From Octopus vulgaris (Eukaryota): a stretch of DNA of 64,000 nt. The notes beneath the pieces were generated by a model. That model searched no databases, was not told the DNA's origin, and saw only the letters and a program-made list of their open reading frames with translations. Positions 24,951 through 39,346 of the stretch are shown piece after piece. The stretch lies in assembly GCA_951406725.2 (NCBI GenBank), contig OX597823.1, positions 23,746,001-23,810,000 of the forward strand, read 5' to 3'. A program made the translations under genes and the position numbers. Numbering within the stretch: position 1 is the first letter of the stretch; every line of letters starts with the position of its first letter.

Positions 24951-26039
24951 GTAATATAAAATGCTTGTTGCTTTCCAAAAGACATAGCTGTGAAGTAATT
25001 TTCAACTACACAGCCAAAATCACCATGCAAAACCACATTGTTGTTTATCAAACTTGTTATCTCCACAGTTATACTGCACCTCATCTTGGTTGTGTTGCTC
25101 TTAATTTCTCACTTGAACTTTTTCATCCATACTTTAAGTTATCAATCAAGATCCTCCACAATACCCTGTGCCCAACTTTACCAAAACTTGACAATCCTCT
25201 GAAAAACAGAATAAGATGAGGATGATTCTGCAATATTCATTAATATCAAAATTCACCCTGATAACCATGGATAAGTGAGCTCTGCCATTATTGTTCTCTA
25301 CTCTAAACCTACATGTTTATGCCATATAGTTTTCATTCACTCAAGCCTGTTTTGCTTCTTCTACCTATCTTTTAATTATCACTCATGAGGACAGTATCTT
25401 CCTTTCCATTCTCACTTTCTTTGCAACTGAAACTTCAAAAATACTAATAAGAGATTGGCTAAGCAAGAAAGTCACTGTTATCTGATCTATCAACCATATC
25501 CACCTTGCAACCTCATTTGCTATCGCCACCAAGCAAGAAAACTGACTTCTTTGATTGGTTGAAGGAATGTGTGAAGCAATCAGCTTCATAGGCTTGTCTC
25601 ATATCCAGATCTATCCCATGCAGAAGACCATCTGTTTGACATAAATCTGCAAGTTAGCAGTATATAGAAAATGAAAGAGTGCATGCAATATTATTTCATT
25701 TTACCACAAGTATCTGGAACATTTTTTGTGATGCACTTTTATGACTAGATTTTATCTTGGGCCAGCAGAGCATTTTTGTAGCACTGCTGAGCCAAGCACT
25801 TCAGAATATTGTCCAAAGAATTCCCTGAGAAAAAGCATTGAAAAAAGAATTGCCCTTTTATTTTCATTGCTGCTCAAAGCAACCCTGAGAGTATCAATAT
25901 ATTGTTAGAATGGAACACCTACAAATCTCATTGCTCAGGTCACTTTTGATGTAGCATTAAACGAGATGTGTGTCCTAGTCTTTTTAAGGCTTTTGAGTGT
26001 GATTGAAGGAAATTTTGCTTATAAGTTTAACATATTGTG

Positions 26040-26345
26040 AGCAGGTGAGGCTGTATGATAAGAAGCATGCTTCCCAGCCACATAATCCCAGGTTCAGTCC
26101 CGCTGTGTGGTGCCTTGGACGAATGTCTTGTTCTATAGCCTCTGGCCAACCAAAGGTCTCTGGATGGATTTGGTAGACAAAACTGAAGGAGCCTATCATA
26201 CATGTGTGTGTGTCTTTGTGTTTGTCTTCCACCATTACTTGACAACTGGTGTTTGGTGGAAAGAGACCAATAGAATAAGTACCACGATTTAAAAAAATAT
26301 AAGTAGTGGGGTATATTCTTTTAACTAAAAATTCTTAATATTGGA
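26040..26345 (+). mobile_element. tRNA-derived SINE (decayed)
   Basis: Head with a B-box-like ccaggttcagtccc, followed by the gacaactggt...agagaccaatagaataagtacc tail seen in other SINE copies here. Confidence 0.6.
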
Positions 26346-26617
26346 GCCTAACAGATCTAAGTTATACCCCAGGAAGTGCGCTTATGTCATTCAACACAAC
26401 CATCTGATCCTTCAGATGATCATGGCAAACATGATGGACAACAGTTGGTTCATCATCATCATCATCATCATTTAGCGTCCGCTTTCCATGCTAGCATGGG
26501 TTGGACGGGTCAACTGGGGTCTGTGAAGCTGGAAGGCTTCGTCAGGCCCAGTCAGATCTGGCAGTGTTTCTACGGCTGGATGCCCTTCCTAACGCCAACC
26601 ACTCCGCGAGTGTAGTG

Positions 26618-27110
26618 GGTGTTTTTAACGTGCCACCTGCACAGGTGCCAGACAGAGCTGGCGAACGGCCACGAACGGATGGTGCTTTTACGTGTCACCG
26701 GCACGGGGCCAGGCGATGCTGGCAACGGACACTAACGGATGGTGCTTTTACGTGCCACCGACACGGGGCCAGACAGAGCTGGCAAACGGCCACGAACGGA
26801 TGGTGCTTTTACGTGTCACCGGCACGTGGGCCAGCCGAGGCTGACAACGGACACGAACGGATGGTGCTTTTACGTGCCACCGACATGGGGTCAGACAGAG
26901 CTGGCAAACGGCCACGAACGGACGGTGCTTTTACGTGTCACCGGCACGGGGCCAGGCGAGGCTGGCAACGAACACGAACGGATGGTGCTTTTACGTGCCA
27001 CCGACACGGGGGCCAGGCAGAGCTGGCAAACGGCCATGAGCGAATGGTGCTTTTACGTATCACCGGCACGGGTGCCAGACGAGGCTGACAGCGGACATGA
27101 ACGGATGGGT
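26618..27110. repeat. ~60-bp tandem repeat (about 8 units, alternating A/B types) in the RTE 3' UTR
   Basis: ggtgcttttacgt recurs at ~26681, 26741, 26802, 26864, 26925, 26985 and 27046, alternating gtcaccggcac and gccaccgacac. Confidence 0.9.
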
Positions 27111-29983
27111 CACTTAACCCCTGCTTTCTGATATATGATTTCATTTTGATTGTTCTCACTGGTCTTGCCAGGTCTTCTGACGCACAGCATACTTCCATAG
27201 GTCTCGGTCTCTGGTCATTTCCTTGGTGAGACCTAGAGTTCGAAGGTTGTGCTTCACCACCTCGACCCAGGTTTTCCTGGGTCTACCTCTTCCACAGGTC
27301 CCCTCAACTGCTAGGGTGTGGCACTTTTTCACACACCTATCTTCATCCATTCTCGCCACATGACCATACCAGCGCAATCGTCTCTCTTGCACACAACATC
27401 TGATGCCCCTTAGGTCCAACTTTTCTCTCAAGGTACTTACACTCTGTCGACTACATCCAACGGAGCATACTAGCTTCATTTCTCGCGAGCTTACGCATGT
27501 CCTCAGCAGTCACGGCCCATGTTTCACTGCCATGTAGCATGGCTGTTCGTACACATGCATCATACAGTCTGCCTTTTACTCTGAGCGAGAGGCCTTTAGT
27601 CACCAACAGAGGTAAGAGCTCCCTAAACTTTGCCCAGGCTATTCTTACTGTAGCTGTTACACTTTCAGCACACCCACCCCCACTACTGACTTGGTCACCA
27701 AGATAACGGAAGCTATCAACTACTTCTAGTTTTTCCCCCTGGAAAGTGACGGAAGTTGTTTTCTGCAGATTTTCAGAGGTTAATGCTCCCGAGCATCTGC
27801 CACATACAAAAACCATCTTCCTAGTTAGCCTTCCTATGACATTGCTGCACCTCTTATGTGTCCATAGCTTACACTTGGTGCATCTTATAGAGTTTCTACC
27901 TACACCTTTTCTACAGATCGAGCAGGGCCATCTACCTGAAGGCGTTTGTGATTTGTCTACCTACCTACTTATTACGACTTTGGTTTTAGCTAGGTTGACT
28001 CTAAGGCCCTTCGATTCTAAACCATGCTTCCACACCTGAAACTTCTTCTCCAGTTCTGATAATTACTCAGCAATTAGAGCAAGGTCATCAGCATAGAGGA
28101 GCTCCCAGGGGCATCCTGTCTTGAATTCCTCCGTTATTGCCTGGAGGACTATGATAAATAGAAGGGGGCTGAGGACTGAGCCTTGGTGGACCCCTACCTC
28201 TACCCGGAATTCTTCACTGTACTCATTGCCAACCCTCACCTTACTAGCAGCGTCCCTGTACATGGCTTGCATAGCTCTCACTAACCATTCATCTATTCCT
28301 AGTTTCCTCATTGACCACCATATGAGGGATCGGGGGACCCTGTCAAAGGCTTTCTCCATGTCAACAAAAGCCGGGTACAGGGGCTTATCTTTGGCTAGGT
28401 ATTTCTCCTGCAGGTGCCTTACCAGGAATATAGCATCAGTGGTACTTTTCCCTGGCACGAACCCAAACTGCATCTCATCTAAACTAACTCTCTCTCTAAT
28501 TAGTTGGCTTATGACCCTCTCTGTAACCTTCATCACCTGATCCAACAGCTTGATACCTCTGTAATTATTTGTATCTAGGGCATCACCTTTACCTTTGTAG
28601 CAGTTGACTATTATGCTGCTACACCAGTCATTGGGTATGACTCCTTCATGTATCACCTGATTAACTATACAGGTGACTAGGCTATAGCCGACACTACCAG
28701 ATATTTTGAGCATCTCTGCAGTGATACCTGATGGGCTTGGGGCTTTCCCTGTCTTCATGCTTCTAATTGCCTTAGCTACCAAGGAACTATCAACCCTGAT
28801 AGCTGGTCCCTCTGTTGGGTCAACGTTCGGCAGACTCTCTTTATCCCATTCATTTTCTTTATTCAGCAACCTTTCATAGTGGCGTCTCCAAGCCTCTCTC
28901 TTTGCATCCTCGTTTAGCGCAAGTGTATCATCTTCCATGCGAACACACTTCTCTCCCACCACATCACAATTTTCTCTCACACACTGTCTTGCAACGCGAA
29001 ACACCTCCAGTCTTTGGTCCTCACGGCGCAGAACATTGGCAAATTTTTTCTTATCTGCTTCCCCTCTGGCTAGATAGACCTGTCTCCTAGCTTCCCTTTT
29101 AGCAGTCTGATACAATTCCCTGCTACCACCATTCTTCCAGTGCTTCCAAGTCTGTCTCTTTTCTCTAATAGCCCTGTCTACGACACTGTTCCACCACCAC
29201 GTTACCTTGGGACGAGAGGGGACTTTGCACCAGCCACAGATCTGGTCAGTGGCTCTCAGCAGGTTGTCCCTTAGAAACGTCCAGTTGCCCTCTACCCCAT
29301 GTGATACTCTATCCCCTTCTACTTCGTCAAAGGCTTCAAGTAACATGTCTCTAAATCTCTGTCCATTCACAGGATCCTTAAGCTTCCAGATCCTTCTTCT
29401 CCATGTTAGTCGTCTTCTGGTTGTCCTCCTACTCCTGATCCTAAAGTCACTAACTACCAGTCTATGTTGTGGGGTACATTCTTCGCCTGGGAAGGTTTTG
29501 GCATTTATAAGTAGCCATCTCTCCCTTTGCCTGGCAAGGATGTAGTCAATTTGGCTGGTATGTTGGCCGATCGGTAGGTGACTAGGTGGCTGGTAGGTTT
29601 CCTGAAGTTAGTGTTGCAAATCATAAGATTATTTGCATCGCAGAACTCCAGCAGCCTGGTTCCCTCCTCGTTGCGGGAACCAGAGCCATAGCCTCCATGT
29701 ACGCCATGGAAGCCCCCAGCATGTCGTCCAACGTGACCATTGAAGTCACCAGCCTCAAAGAGAAGGTCTCTGTCGTTCGTCAACGAGGTAGTCTGCAGTA
29801 GAGTGTCATAGAATAGGTCTTTCTGTCCATCAGGTAGCCCCGACTGAGGAGCATAGGCTGATATAATGGTTGCTAAACTATGATGAAGCGCTAATCTAAT
29901 CTATAGTATTCTGTCGCATACTCTGATTACCTCAATTACTTTATCTACCCATTTCTCAGCGAGAAGTATACCCACGCCTCCAA

Positions 29984-30045
29984 CCCCGTCAGTGTTCCAC
30001 CCCGTCAGTGTTCCACCCCGTCAGTGTTCCACCCCATCAGTGTTC
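29984..30045. repeat. 16-bp tandem repeat x4 at the RTE 5' truncation point
   Basis: (ccccgtcagtgttcca)x4 visible directly. Confidence 0.9.
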
Positions 30046-31224
30046 AATGTTAATTTATTTATTACAGTAATAAACACTTACATACTCAGGCTGGGCATGG
30101 TCTATGTTAATGTCACAGTTTGACAAGGGAGGGTGGCCCCAGAATCCCATGACACAGCTTTATTTTTTTCTATCATAATTAGTTTACTGAAAAATAAAGC
30201 TACCACTTTGTAATGTATTATATATTCATTATTTAGAATATATAATTCTAGAAATCAATGGAATTGTGTGATATTCATGTCTTTCTTAAGAGCTCCATCT
30301 CCCTATATAAAGTGAACTGAATTAACTTGAAAACCAAACTTAATTAATCGGCTCAATCTACTCTATCTGTGTTTTTACTAAATGAACAGCTAGAGGAAAA
30401 TACATATGTCAACTTGCTGCAGGGTAAAAATGTATATTAAAAATTAGCTGTTGACTGAACAGCAATATTATATTTGATTCAAATTTCACCCTTGGTGGGT
30501 GCTAAAATCATTATGTTAATGACTTATTTTGGTCATGGGATTCATAAGCGACAACCTTTTTTCTTCATCTCACTAAAAGTACAATTTTGATTTAGAATTT
30601 TTTGCTTGCTATATTAAGTTGTGAGTGTCTATATTTACTACATATTTTTATTTCTTTACTAGTTAATGAAAGTGAATATACATCACGAAAGTGAAGTTAT
30701 TTTTGTTCTATAAGGCTAAACATTGCAAGATCAGTTAATTGATGTGTTACAGTCCTTGTCATGACTAAGTATAGTTAGTGTCATCCATTTACATACTGGC
30801 TTGAAATCACAACAGAATATATTTCACCTTTCATACTTCTGTGGTTGATGAAATAAGCATTAGTCATATACTGAGGTTGATATATTGTCATGTGCAGAGT
30901 GTGTATCTTTAATATTGGTTACTTCAACAATCATTATATTTTTGTATTCTTGTTGTGATGAAGGGTGATAGATCAATAAAGTCATTTGAGCATCAGTCAA
31001 AATGTGTTGTGGAATGTGTTCTGGCTATTTGACTTTTGAACATAAATCCTGCTGATGCTGACTTTGCTCTTCTTGGGTCAATAAAATGTAATGCTTGTCT
31101 GGTGCAGAGGTCAACCTAATAAACTTATTCCTTCCTCTAAATCTTGGCCTTGTTTCTTTATTGCAATGTATTGTTGTTGTTATTGGTATATTTCATTACC
31201 TTAAATTTTATTTTTTAACTCTAG

Positions 31225-31461
31225 ATGCTGCGATCTATTTTGTGAAAGTAAATGATGCATCTCTGGATGTGACGGGGAAAATATTGAGTAAGAATGCAGT
31301 AACAGCAGACGCTTGTGCAGAAAGATGTCTTTCTGATAAAAATTGTTTATCATTTGAAATGTCTAAAGGAAATGGTAAATGTTACTTATTGAAGCAAACT
31401 GCAGCTTCCTCCAAGAAAATAAAAACAGACAAAAGCAGAGATTACTACCAACGAGTAAAAT
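31225..31461 (+). CDS. Internal exon A2: PAN/Apple domain type A
   Basis: Acceptor ctctag (ag 31223-31224), donor gtaatt at 31462; phase 1-1, 237 nt. Encodes AAIYFVKVNDASLDVTGKILSKNAVTADACAERCLSDKNCLSFEMSKGNGKCYLLKQTAASSKKIKTDKSRDYYQRVK. Confidence 0.88.
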
Positions 31462-33114
31462 GTAATTATATTTTGTATTTTATTATTGGATATTTTTTCC
31501 CTCTTTTTCTGAACTCATGATTCCATTTGTACTTCAGAATATATAGACAATTATTTGTGTAAAGACACAAATGACAGACATAAACATATTCTAGAAATAT
31601 GCAGTATTAAGAACTGTGAATACAGGCAGCACATTCTAACACAATTTTTGTTGACTTTGAACACATAAATGCATGATTTTGATTAATATTCTTTATGGAG
31701 GCAAGAAGCTTTTGTTTTCTGAAACCTGGACAGTAGTAATGGCAGCAGCAGTAGTGATAGTACAGGTCATAATAGCATTAGCAGTAATGTTATCAACTGC
31801 TTTCTCTTCATTTCCATATGTAGGTGTGGTTTAGTGCTATTACTGCATAGTTCCTCAAGATTAGAAGCTGTTGTACTTAATCTGATATACATAAATTACA
31901 CTAAGGGAAATGCCAAACTATGTGGTTGTGTATCTCTTATATTTTGGCATGGTTATGGCAGGATTCTTTTCTATCACCTTCCATTATACACATGGAGAGT
32001 ACATTTTGTCATGCTACTAGAAGTAGAGAAATTATTTGCTGTGAGAGAAGAAGCTTCTCAATATAAGATAAGTTCCCATTTACTAATTGTGAGAACAAAA
32101 TAGCCAAGAAATGAACTCAGTTTTATTTCAAGGATGTTGTTGTTTGCTGCTAAAATATTTCCTTCTTGAAACTTAGAACACCAACAGAAATTCACTAGGT
32201 TTAATGATCACAAAGTTAGAAGTCTCATGAATACTAGGATTTCAATACTGTAACGGAGAATTTTTCTCAGTCAAAATGAAGGCAAGCCATTTCAATATGT
32301 ATATCTATGAGGGTCTTCAACTGGGCTGAAGTTGTAGACCTCATAGCAATCTTTATTCTGGTCACCCACAAGAGGTTCAATTGCATTGACAGATCAGGTT
32401 TATACAGGGACAATTGCCTCGCAATTCCAAGTAATATTAATGGCCATGCCATGAATATATAAAGAAAACCTCAAATGGAATCTTAAAGAACTAACATTTT
32501 AACTTAATGAACATTACTTGAGACTTGAAACCAGGTATAAGAGAAATAATACTCCTATAGGAAGCCTAATAAGAAAAACAAACATTTTCAGAGGAATTGC
32601 CAGTATTTCCAGAGTGCTTTATGAAACATTGAATCTGGTGTTCCTAAAAGAATCTCCAATTTATTCTCAAATAGAGATACTTTTGACAATATTTTGTACA
32701 ATACAAGGTGTTAGTTAAAATTGTATTTAGACAGCAGTTAGTTTAAACAGATTATGCTCCACTTCCAAACCTGAAGAAAACTAAGAAATAAAATAACTTC
32801 TCTTCAGTTTAAATGTCTCCATGAGTACAGCTAGAAAGGTTTAATCCTGCATTAGACACTGTTTCTCATGTGCACATAAGCACCATAATTTTATGAATGT
32901 GCATGGTATTATGAATTGTTACTTCTGTCCAGAGATTTCAGCATTGTATGTTGCAATAGAAAAAATATACTCATATCCAGCTCTTATCTGTGACACCTAC
33001 ATTTAGTTGCCAAAGCCAATCCCCATCTCTCTGCTGTGAGAATTCAGCCTTCAAGAATAGTGGTTTTTAGAGCAAGCATCACTTAACCTGATTGTTTCCT
33101 AATGATATTTCCTT

Positions 33115-34966
33115 GGTGTGCCCGGCCATGAACTCGCGTGTCCGTGCAGGGGCATGCATGCACATGTATATGCATGTGGGTGCATTCCGGCATATCCACT
33201 TATATTTACTATATTAGGTTTATCTTTGTGCCCTCCTTAATTTGTATTCCATTTTATTTATCTATATATCTATACATGGATATATATATATATATATATA
33301 TATATTCATATTTATTTATTTAATTATTTATTTTTGTTTATTTGGCACTTACTAATCTATAATTAATTTAATTTATAATTAATAAACTTATTCTAAATTA
33401 ATAGTAACTTCTGTAGGTGTGTGAAAATGTGTATGTGTACGTATGTATGTTTTTGTATATATAGGTATGATCGTGGGTGGATGTACAGATGTATGTTTTT
33501 ATTACACATATGAGCATGCAGGTGCGTACTTGGATATGTATATATGTATATGCGAATATTTATTCATGGGTGGCTATAAATATAGGTTTTATTTGTACGT
33601 ATGAGTGCGCAGATATATATTTAAATATATATATATGTGTGTGCGAAAGTTCCCTGACACAGTATAGGAAAGTGTATTAATATTTATGCGTATATGCGGA
33701 TGTGTGTGTGAGTGTGTGTGTTAGTGTTAGACACTGCTGCCTGTACTGATTTGTCTATAAGCCATGCGATGATAGACATGCACTCTGCAATTTAGTGAAT
33801 GTGTAGAGATGTGTCGGGGTGTATTCATGTGTGTGTGAGTTTCTGTGTAGATGTGTGGGTTTAGGGTTAGATGTGGATGTGTATGTTTTGCTTGTGCGGT
33901 GTGGTGGAGGTCGGGCGGCTCTCAATTGACCAACCGTGAGGAAGATAATGATAATTTTAAATTCAAATCCAATAGTGTATTTATGTCATAAGGAAAATTA
34001 CTAACTGGAACCCGGACATACATATATACCTTTCTGGATCCTAATGTAAGCGTTATTAATAATATTATGAATGATAATAATGGTAACATTAATGGTATTG
34101 ACAACGATAATGATGCTAACTTTAATGACACTTTAGAAATTAGCATGAAGTAATATAATGTACTATTGACTATGTATATTTGCATCTAGGTACTAATTTG
34201 TGTATGTTTATTATCACAATATTAAGTCGAAAAACTGAGACGTTGAATGTGGAACACATATATATGTTTACTAATTTATATTGTTTATTTATATCATTAT
34301 GTATATGTATATTTTTATATGTATAAGAGTGTGAGTATATGCACTCATATGTATATGTATATGTTGTATTATGGGTATGCACCCACACCCATGTGGGTAT
34401 ATATGTAGACTGATTTATATTACATAATCTCCGAAGAGGCCTTATGATATTTTTGTAAATGTCTCATTTATATCTATATATTGACCTACCATAAAAGGCT
34501 AATATCGGTAAAATGAGACTTACTTATCTACATGGCCGAAACAGCTGTAAGATGTTATCTATACTTATATTATATTTACTTATATTTATATTCTCTTTTA
34601 TATATATTCTACTTATTATATAACATTACTCTTTTATGTACACTTTTTTATGTACATTCCTTTATGTACACTGATTTGTTCTGCTTTTTATATTTAACCC
34701 TACAGTCTTTTATGTGGTGGTTTAATAAAGTATGTGATTGAGTATTATCTGGTAATTGATATTTGATTTAGATGTATTTCTCCATTTTCTTATCTTGTAT
34801 TAGTAATTTGTGGTAAATCATTTTACCTTTCCCCATATAATACAGTAAATGAATTGATTGTATCGCAATCATTAACATTTATGTATTAACCTTGTTGGGT
34901 ACTTCACTAGCAGTATATTGGATATATGTTATCTCATGGAGGGTTGCATTTACAACCCCTATCTCA

Positions 34967-34970
<4 letters not shown>
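33115..34970 (+). mobile_element. Non-coding PLE-derived repeat with a hammerhead motif
   Basis: 34740-34970 is the diverged reverse complement of 2875-3110; the region contains the HHR at 34427-34553 and ends at a (TA)n tract. The 5' limit is uncertain. Confidence 0.5.
34427..34553 (+). ncRNA. Type I hammerhead ribozyme, U4C core variant
   Basis: ATCT-CCGAAGA-GGCC...gtctcattt...aaatgagac...GGCC-GAAA-CAGCTG-TA-AGAT: perfect 4-bp stem I, extended stem II and palindromic stem III. Confidence 0.68.
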
Positions 34971-35025
<55 letters not shown>

Positions 35026-35035
35026 TATATGTATA

Positions 35036-36407
<1,372 letters not shown>

Positions 36408-36536
36408 ATTTCATAGACAAGAACTGAAACAAATCAATTGTATATATATATATGTATGTATATATGTAAGTGTATGTGTGTGTCTTTATCTCTGTGTTTC
36501 GCCCTCATCACTGCTTCACAACTGCTGTTCATTTAT

Positions 36537-36850
36537 TGGTGAACACTTCTCACCCCCACCACCAATACCGGTGAACACTTCTCACCACCAATACCGGTGA
36601 ACACTTCTCACTACCCCCACCACCAATACCGGTGTATACTTCTCACCACCAATACCGGTGAACACTTCTCACCACCAATACCGGTGAACACTTCTCACCC
36701 CCACCACCAATACCGGTGAACACTTCTCACCACCAATACCGGTAAACACTTCTCACCACCAATACCGGTGAACACTTCTCACCACCCCTACCACCAATAC
36801 TGGTGAACACATCTCACCACCAATACCGGTGAACACTTCTCACCATCTAC
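36537..36850. repeat. ~26-bp minisatellite (about 11 units)
   Basis: Unit ggtgaacacttctcaccaccaatacc with a variable C/CAC insert. Confidence 0.92.
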
Positions 36851-37259
36851 ACCGGATATGCCCTCCTCCCTCCTCCTCCCCCACCACCATTGCGTGTGTC
36901 TCTCCCCTCCTTCACATATGCTTTCACTGTGTACTACCCCTTCCCCCCACCAAGTCAAGCTGCTAGCACCGCAGCTCATTAACTGCCCCACTGATCTTAC
37001 GTTACCTCCTGTTTAGAATCTGGCACTGCCTCAATCCGACCATCTCCTTCCAGTCCCCCTCCCCGTCTCGTGATATCCTACGTTTTTTATTTCTTCTGCA
37101 CCAACCCTTGCCTTGTCATCGTTCCTCCTTACCCAACCTTCCCCACTGGTGCTTCTCTTTATTACCTGCACCCCCCCCCCCACTATCTCTCCCTCTCTTT
37201 CCACTGGTGGAACCTTTTTCAGCTAGACCCCCCCCCAACTCAACTCTAGAAAAAGCTTG

Positions 37260-37491
37260 AACCGATCGTGACCGATGCCGGACCCCCGGCCCCTGTGCAG
37301 GTGGCACGTAAAAAGCACCCAATCCACTCGCGGAGTGGTTGGCGTTAGGAAGGGCATCCAGCCGTAGAAACTCTGCCAGATCAGACTGGAACCTGGAGAG
37401 GCCTCTGGCTTCCCAGACCCCGGTCAAACCGTCCAACCCGTGCTAGTGTGGAAAACGGACGTTAAACGATGATGATGATGATGATGATGAT
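37260..37491 (+). mobile_element. RTE 3'-end fragment
   Basis: ggcacgtaaaaagcaccc...ggcgttaggaagggcatccagccgtagaaa...ggacgttaaacgatgatgatgat. Confidence 0.85.
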
Positions 37492-37662
37492 AACTTACTG
37501 GTTTCACAAGAACAAACTAATAGAATAAGTACCAGGCTTATCAATGTAAAAAAAGCACTAGGCTGTGTGTCATAATTTTGTTTGCCCACTTAGTTGTATC
37601 TATTAATTTATCTTTGTGTGTGTGTGTATGTATCTATATCTATACCTATATATATATATATA

Positions 37663-38495
37663 CTAGCAGAGATACCTGGCAATGCCCGTGTTACATACAA
37701 TTGAAGAATTAGTCTTTTCTGTTATACCAAAAGACAAATGATCACAATATCAAATGATCACTGGGTTTGTAAAAGAGAGCAAAGCTACAGGAAACCAAAA
37801 GATGAATGATCACAATAAGCAGTCAGCTACCCTACTCTAGTCATTACCACTCCCAATGTAGGATTCCTCACCATCCAGGTGACAGGCACAGACGTAAGAT
37901 GCATTATGAAGCTATAGCAATTGGAACGGCGTGACCGAAATGAAATAAACATTAACAACTGTGTGGCGTGAGTGCTAAGGAGAAATGAAAGTTTCTCCTC
38001 TGGAGTTTGCAAATGACCACTATACTGATACGTAACTGGACAGAAGAATATGGTTTCCAGTAGCTTTGCTCCCTTTTACAAACCCAGTGAACATATATTT
38101 CCTATTTCAAAGAAATTCAAACAATATATATAAGACCCAAGTTAAAAAGATTCTCAGCAATTCAACTTCTTTGGTTGACATTAAGATGCCAACTCCCAAC
38201 AGGGGCCTTAACTCTCACATTTTAGAGCTCCATGACCTCCATTTTCCAGGAGCAAAATCCTTTGAACAGGTTCAATAAGACTGGAATTTTGGAATATGCT
38301 CATAAAAATCAGTAGTATGGGATACATGTGGCACAATTACAATTTTGTTTGGGTGTGTAAAGAGGGAAATAACCCTCATCTGCAATTTTGATGATATTTG
38401 AAACATAGATATTCCAGTTCATTACAGAAAATATAACAGAAAAGTTTAATTCTTCAATTGTATGTAACACAGGCAATGCCGGGTATCTCTGCTAG
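37663..38495. mobile_element. Helitron-like element (family 2) with 3'-type CTAG/hairpin termini at both ends, inverted
   Basis: ctagcagagatacctggcaatgcccgtgttacatacaattgaagaatta at the left end, reverse complement at ~38435-38495; a second inner inverted pair at ~37755-37797 and ~38051-38093. Confidence 0.65.
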
Positions 38496-38585
38496 TACTC
38501 ACATACATACATGCATACATACATATAAATATAAACATATATATGTATATATACACATGCATACATATCTAAATACATACATACA

Positions 38586-38616
<31 letters not shown>

Positions 38617-39115
38617 GTATATATGTATATATATATACACACATACACACACACATATATCTATATATGTATATTAAGAGAAATAGAGAAATACCATTCA
38701 CATACTAAAAATTTATGTGCATCATAATATAATATACTATAAAAAGATATAACGTGATATAACAAACAATTAAAAGAAATATAAATCCAACAATTTTTTT
38801 CGACTCATATCGAGTAGTTTATTTATAAAAATTCACATTTGTAGATACAAGTCTCTCCAGGAAGATATTTGTTAAAAAAATAGACAAAAATTCCATGCTG
38901 GGACTGCAAAATTATAAAGTAGATTGATCAAAAATATGTGTATGTTTTCAAGCATGAGCGATAGTAATTCAAAAATATAATCAGTACAATAAAAACAGCG
39001 AATTTCAAATGGACAAAATAATTTAGTAGAGAAAATTTACAAAAGTCATAAAAAGGTGAGATCACAGCTGTGGTCTATACTTTATATATTTCTTATTTTC
39101 TTTTTCTTTTTTCAG

Positions 39116-39346
39116 CTGACAAGCCTTTGCAGATTAAAAAAGTTAGCATACAAGAGAAGGATAATATTGGAAGGCTTAGAAATGTGAACTTAAAGACGTG
39201 TAATGAAGCTTGCCATCAGTATCCGGGGTGTAATTCTTATCAGTATAATGAGAAAGCTAAATTCTGTGATCTGAGCAATGCAACTCATTTGACTGGTAAC
39301 TTTAAACCCAACAATGGAAGTTGGGATGTGCACATAATTAACCCAG
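39116..39346 (+). CDS. Internal exon B2: PAN/Apple domain type B
   Basis: Long T/C tract plus ttcag acceptor (ag 39114-39115), donor gtctgt at 39347; phase 1-1, 231 nt. Encodes DKPLQIKKVSIQEKDNIGRLRNVNLKTCNEACHQYPGCNSYQYNEKAKFCDLSNATHLTGNFKPNNGSWDVHIINP. Confidence 0.87.

Larger units (their letters stand above)
26451..30045 (-). mobile_element. RTE-clade LINE, ~3.6 kb, 5'-truncated, few disablements (APE, RT, PHD-like finger)
   Basis: APE (GDFNGHVG, RNEEGTRLLEFC), RT (NYRGIKLL, QFGF, FVDMEKAFDRV, GVHQGSVLSPLLF, LLYADDL) and C-terminus (LRWYGHVARM, GRGRPRKTW). One in-frame stop at ~28063 and frameshifts near 29565 and 27455; (GAT)n tail at 26451-26470. Confidence 0.95.

Noticed and set aside
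25230-25950. Possible ancient non-LTR retrotransposon remnant on the minus strand
   Set aside because: Only a vague ANEVARWIW-like motif; not enough to assign.
26501-27198. Overlapping repetitive ORFs (RTDGAFTCHRHG; MVLLRATDTG)
   Set aside because: They arise from the 60-bp tandem repeat in the RTE 3' UTR.
36537-36850. Regularly spaced 26-bp repeats resembling a CRISPR array
   Set aside because: Units are contiguous with no unique spacers, there are no cas genes and the context is eukaryotic; it is a minisatellite.
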